Of a stretch of DNA of 64,000 nucleotides, positions 60,699-64,000 are shown piece by piece. How positions within the stretch are numbered: position 1 is the first letter of the stretch; each line of letters opens with the position of its first letter. Source of the DNA: Tubiluchus corallicola. Taxonomy: Eukaryota; Animalia; Priapulida. A program made the translations under genes and the position numbers. The notes beneath the pieces were generated by a model. That model was not told the DNA's origin. It was given only the letters and a program-made list of their open reading frames with translations, and did no database searches. The stretch is from contig JAQGDQ010000103.1 of NCBI GenBank assembly GCA_030141605.1, positions 310,001 to 374,000 on the forward strand. The letters run 5' to 3'.

Positions 60699-60983
60699 CT
60701 AATTTAGAAGTAAAATGTTAAAAAACGTGGGGGAAATAAAACTGTTGCGACTGCAATGGCAAGTTATCATCTTTATCGTCACCATTTTGCTTCATCAACC
60801 ACAACTTGAGTCATTCTCAGAGGAAATTAAATGAGACAATTTCTTCCATTTTATAGACAGATTATCTCTTATACACACCAGATGATTCAGTGACTAATCA
60901 TTATGTGAGGATGAGATATTTTAAATTGTTGCTTGGCTCTAACTCAATGCAACTTCACTGACTGGTTGTGTTTGCATGTGCAG

Positions 60984-61714
60984 TATAACGTCACTAGAGG
61001 GAATCTTTTAGCGACCAAAAAAGTACTCTACAGCCGAGGTACTTTGTAAGCATACAAAGCTAGTCTATACAACTACTAGATGGGCAAGCATACATTAATA
61101 ATTGTATAAATAATGCATGATGTGCAGCTTCATAGAGGATGTTAAGTACTTTTACAAGATGCTATGCAAGTATCAACTACTTTGCAGCAGTATGTTTAAA
61201 CTCAATGAGATATATTTTATGTGACTACAATAAACTATTTTCCTGAATGTTTCATACTAAATTGGGTGCACACATTCAGCTGCGAATTTAGTAAAATCAG
61301 CGAGGTTAAAATCACGTTCTGTAAATTAATGAGGTTAAAAACAGTTGGCACAAAATTTCTGGTTGTCTTTTTTGTAAAAAGCTTTTGCTGCACAGTGTTA
61401 ATCAGTTGAAAGATCTCGGCAGTGCACTGCCAGTGTACTCACATACATAAAACAGTTAGGTGTCAAGCCGCTGAGTGACTCATTGTCTTTTTACAACTTG
61501 TAGACAAAATGATGTCCAGCAAAAGTAAATTGTGCAATAAAAATTTATAATATGTAGCAATACAGGCAAAGGGACCTGACAAAATTCCACAATACGCAAT
61601 AACTGAGAACATTGTATTCAAAACTATTACTCTAGTTAAACGAATAATGAAAGTTCGTTTTTTGTGAGTTAGCATTACCAGCGTGTATGCAATTTTTGCT
61701 ATAATAGTGTTATA
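60984..61714. mobile_element. Old TIR element in LYSMD3 intron 1; diverged second copy at ~56894-57720
   Basis: Ends tataacgtcactagag / ctataatagtgttata; colinear similarity with 56894-57720 (tactagatgg...aagtactttta...caagtatcaa...). Confidence 0.6.
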
Positions 61715-61759
61715 TTGAATATGAACAAATGAAAAACTATGAAATATGGATGTACTAAC

Positions 61760-61790
61760 CTTTGCGAAAATTGCCTCTGCCTTTACTCAT
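61760..61790 (-). CDS. LYSMD3: LYSMD3/4 coding exon 1
   Basis: MSKGRGNFRK(G), donor |gttagt; phase 1 matches the next exon; upstream acceptor at 61822. Confidence 0.7.
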
Positions 61791-62043
61791 GACGCTGATA
61801 GCATAAGCATAAAAAGCTTATCTGCCAAAAAATGTATGTAAGTTCAAAAACTAAGCATGTAAATAAGACACGACAGCTCATATAATGAGCAAACGATTAA
61901 ATGATAGTAACAAATTCTGAATAGTTTAGTGAAAAAATTGACATCCTGCTCACAAATATAAAGAAAAATCTTAGAAATATCATTCATTTTTAACTATTCA
62001 TTGCAGGTAATGAGTTGGAAAAAGGAAGGAGACACTGAAAAAT

Positions 62044-62112
62044 GGTAGACTAGTTTGAACCAGGGACCTGGGATTAGTACTCAGGTGCTCTGCCAGCTGA
62101 GCCACTAGACCA
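62044..62112 (-). mobile_element. tRNA-derived SINE head / tRNA pseudogene
   Basis: Minus strand ggtctagTGGCTCAGCTGGcagagcacc...ctGGTTCAAACt has A and B boxes; acceptor and anticodon stems are degraded. Confidence 0.5.
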
Positions 62113-62890
62113 ACATGACAGAGCAGGTCTGAGATTTTTCCTTGCAGGATACAGTAGAACCCATCTGTACCCATGACAGAGGGGGATACTTTAGGTACCA
62201 ACAATTTTCTCAAATTAGTTAGGAACTAGGATATCATTAATTAATTAGATTATGACTGTGATTGCCATAGTTTATAAACCACTGCAATTTATTTTAACAA
62301 TCTTAGCCATACAATGTAGTTTATGCTAGCTTGCAAGTGAAAATATAATCCATAAAAAATCTAACAAATTATATATATTAAAATGGAATTCATTGCCGAC
62401 CGGTTTCGAACAAAACTGTTCATTATCAAGGTTTCTAAAATAAAAGAAATTTACCAAAATTTAGAAACAACATCGAAATACAATTCAGTAGTTAACAGCC
62501 AAAAGATATATGATATAATATTATATAGATTATATCATACATCTTTTGGCTATTAACTACTTAAAATCACTTATAATTCTATAAATATTAATCTTGACAA
62601 AATTCACTGACTCACTCTTGTAAATTGTCTTGCAAGGACAGTACTTGCTCATGATGATAAAGAAAAATGCTCAGACTGCAATCTTGAGTGACTGAACCTA
62701 AATGCAAAACCTGCAATCAATATTTCATCATCTTTTCACTAATCACCATTTCGAAGTTAGTAATTACCATATTTCTCGAAATATGACATGCAGTGGCGCA
62801 TAAGACACCCTCCATTTTGCAGGGCAACATTGAAAAAAAGTTATGCCCCTTAATTAGGATTATGGCTGTTTTTTTGCTTGTTGTAATAAT

Positions 62891-63375
62891 TTAAAGGGTA
62901 GCAAAAGGGAGTTTTAGAGTATGTCACGAAGAATTTTCCAAACAAAGTTATATTACTTAGCATTATGCTTACTTGTTTGAAAGACTCATGCAATTGGAAA
63001 AGAATGTTTTCAATAAATTAAAATGTTCATGCCACTATGTAAAACAACATTGCATTACCTTCCCAGTGTGCACCACTGATTCACAAAAAACATATTATTG
63101 ATCTTACTCACAATATAAATTAATTTAAACTTTTGCTTAGTTAGTGAAGAGTGTGCTAAGAATGTTCTGATTAATTTTCAAACTTTACTCAACGTTATCT
63201 AAACTTATTTCAAAGACCTCACCATTAAAATAGCTGCACTTAATGGTCATCATCGCAGGAGTTTAAATTTTGAAGCTTTATACAGCATTGCTGCTAATAA
63301 AAGTTCTGTGCACAATAAATTTTTAAATGAAATTTTTAATCTTTATTTATAGAAGAGTGTTTTCTTGTGCTTTAA
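62891..63375 (+). mobile_element. TTAA-flanked MITE family A copy (full length)
   Basis: TTAA|AGGGTAGCAAAA ... TTTTCTTGTGCT|TTAA. Confidence 0.78.
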
Positions 63376-63888
63376 GAGTTTGTGATCACATGATATTTCT
63401 TGCTGCTAACAGACGACAAACATCTTGATGTACAGCAGCTATCTACAGGCTCTTGTCTGCTGCCAAAGATGTTGCCACAGATAAAGCACTGCAGGTACTA
63501 CAACTTAAATGATAGCAATTTAACATGCTACATAAACAAAGTGAAGTCTAGTATAGCATGAATACCATGCATAGTATAGCACAGAATACCACACACAGTA
63601 CAGCATAGAATACCTTTAAAGCAAATCAAAAATATGTTATGCAAAAACTAGCAGCAATTTGTTAAAAGGAAGACAGATGCTATCATCTATGGAACACAAA
63701 CAGCTCTGTAGCGATACTCTAAGAAGCGAGGGTTCCTGCAAATTTGTGAACAACTGAAAGAGACTGACGGCTTAACAAATTGTAACAAGAATGTCAATAT
63801 TCAGTCTTTATGAACAACGACTTTGATTTGTTTTCATCGTCTCAATAATGCAATCAACAGAACAGTTATTGTTGATAACAACATGGTA

Positions 63889-64000
63889 CAGTAAGTCCTC
63901 GCTTAACGATGCTAATGCAGGCCAGCAAAACGTTGCTAAATGAAACAATGTTTTCCATAAGAAACAACGTAAAAGCATTCACTTGCATTCCAGGAACAAA
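63889..64000. mobile_element. Left end of a Tigger/pogo-like element, truncated by the window end
   Basis: TA|CAGTAAGTCCTCGCTTAACG terminus resembles pogo/Tigger TIRs; the partner end is not in the window. Confidence 0.5.

Larger units (their letters stand above)
58969..61790 (-). other. LYSMD3: Gene span: LysM domain-containing membrane protein 3/4 orthologue
   Basis: Exons 61760-61790, 60469-60698 and 58969-59559 join in frame. The LysM domain (IVEGDTLRTLSLQYGCPVGELKRINNLMSETEFYALKSIKIP) is split by a phase-0 intron; GIDCGISWW precedes a TM helix. Confidence 0.9.

Noticed and set aside
62044-62112. Functional tRNA genes (also 29113-29180, ~5428-5470, ~11780-11830)
   Set aside because: A/B boxes are present but the stems do not close; treated as SINE heads or pseudogenes.

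Overview
AT-rich, repeat-dense animal (probably bilaterian invertebrate) genomic DNA with spliceosomal introns and four protein-coding genes. (1) A natriuretic-peptide-receptor-like receptor on the minus strand: 8 coding exons from ATG 29650 to the transmembrane exon 170-257, a 17.8 kb first intron and one GC-AG intron; the gene runs off the window start. (2) RECQL5 (minus), with its whole 858-aa CDS in a single exon. (3) PARP16 (plus), 6 coding exons. (4) A LYSMD3/4 orthologue (minus), 3 coding exons. Non-coding DNA holds a young, intact, non-coding 2.2 kb LTR retroelement with apparently identical 353-bp LTRs, a TSD, PBS and PPT, and an internal array of 51-bp hairpin repeats. It also holds a 4.1 kb TIR element between RECQL5 and PARP16, three TTAA-flanked (Kolobok-like) MITE families, pogo/Tigger- and Harbinger-like MITEs, decayed pogo, mariner and hAT transposase fragments, tRNA-derived SINE heads and many microsatellites. 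No prokaryotic system or CRISPR array is present. All exon models and family assignments come from manual translation and motif recall; no database search was run.
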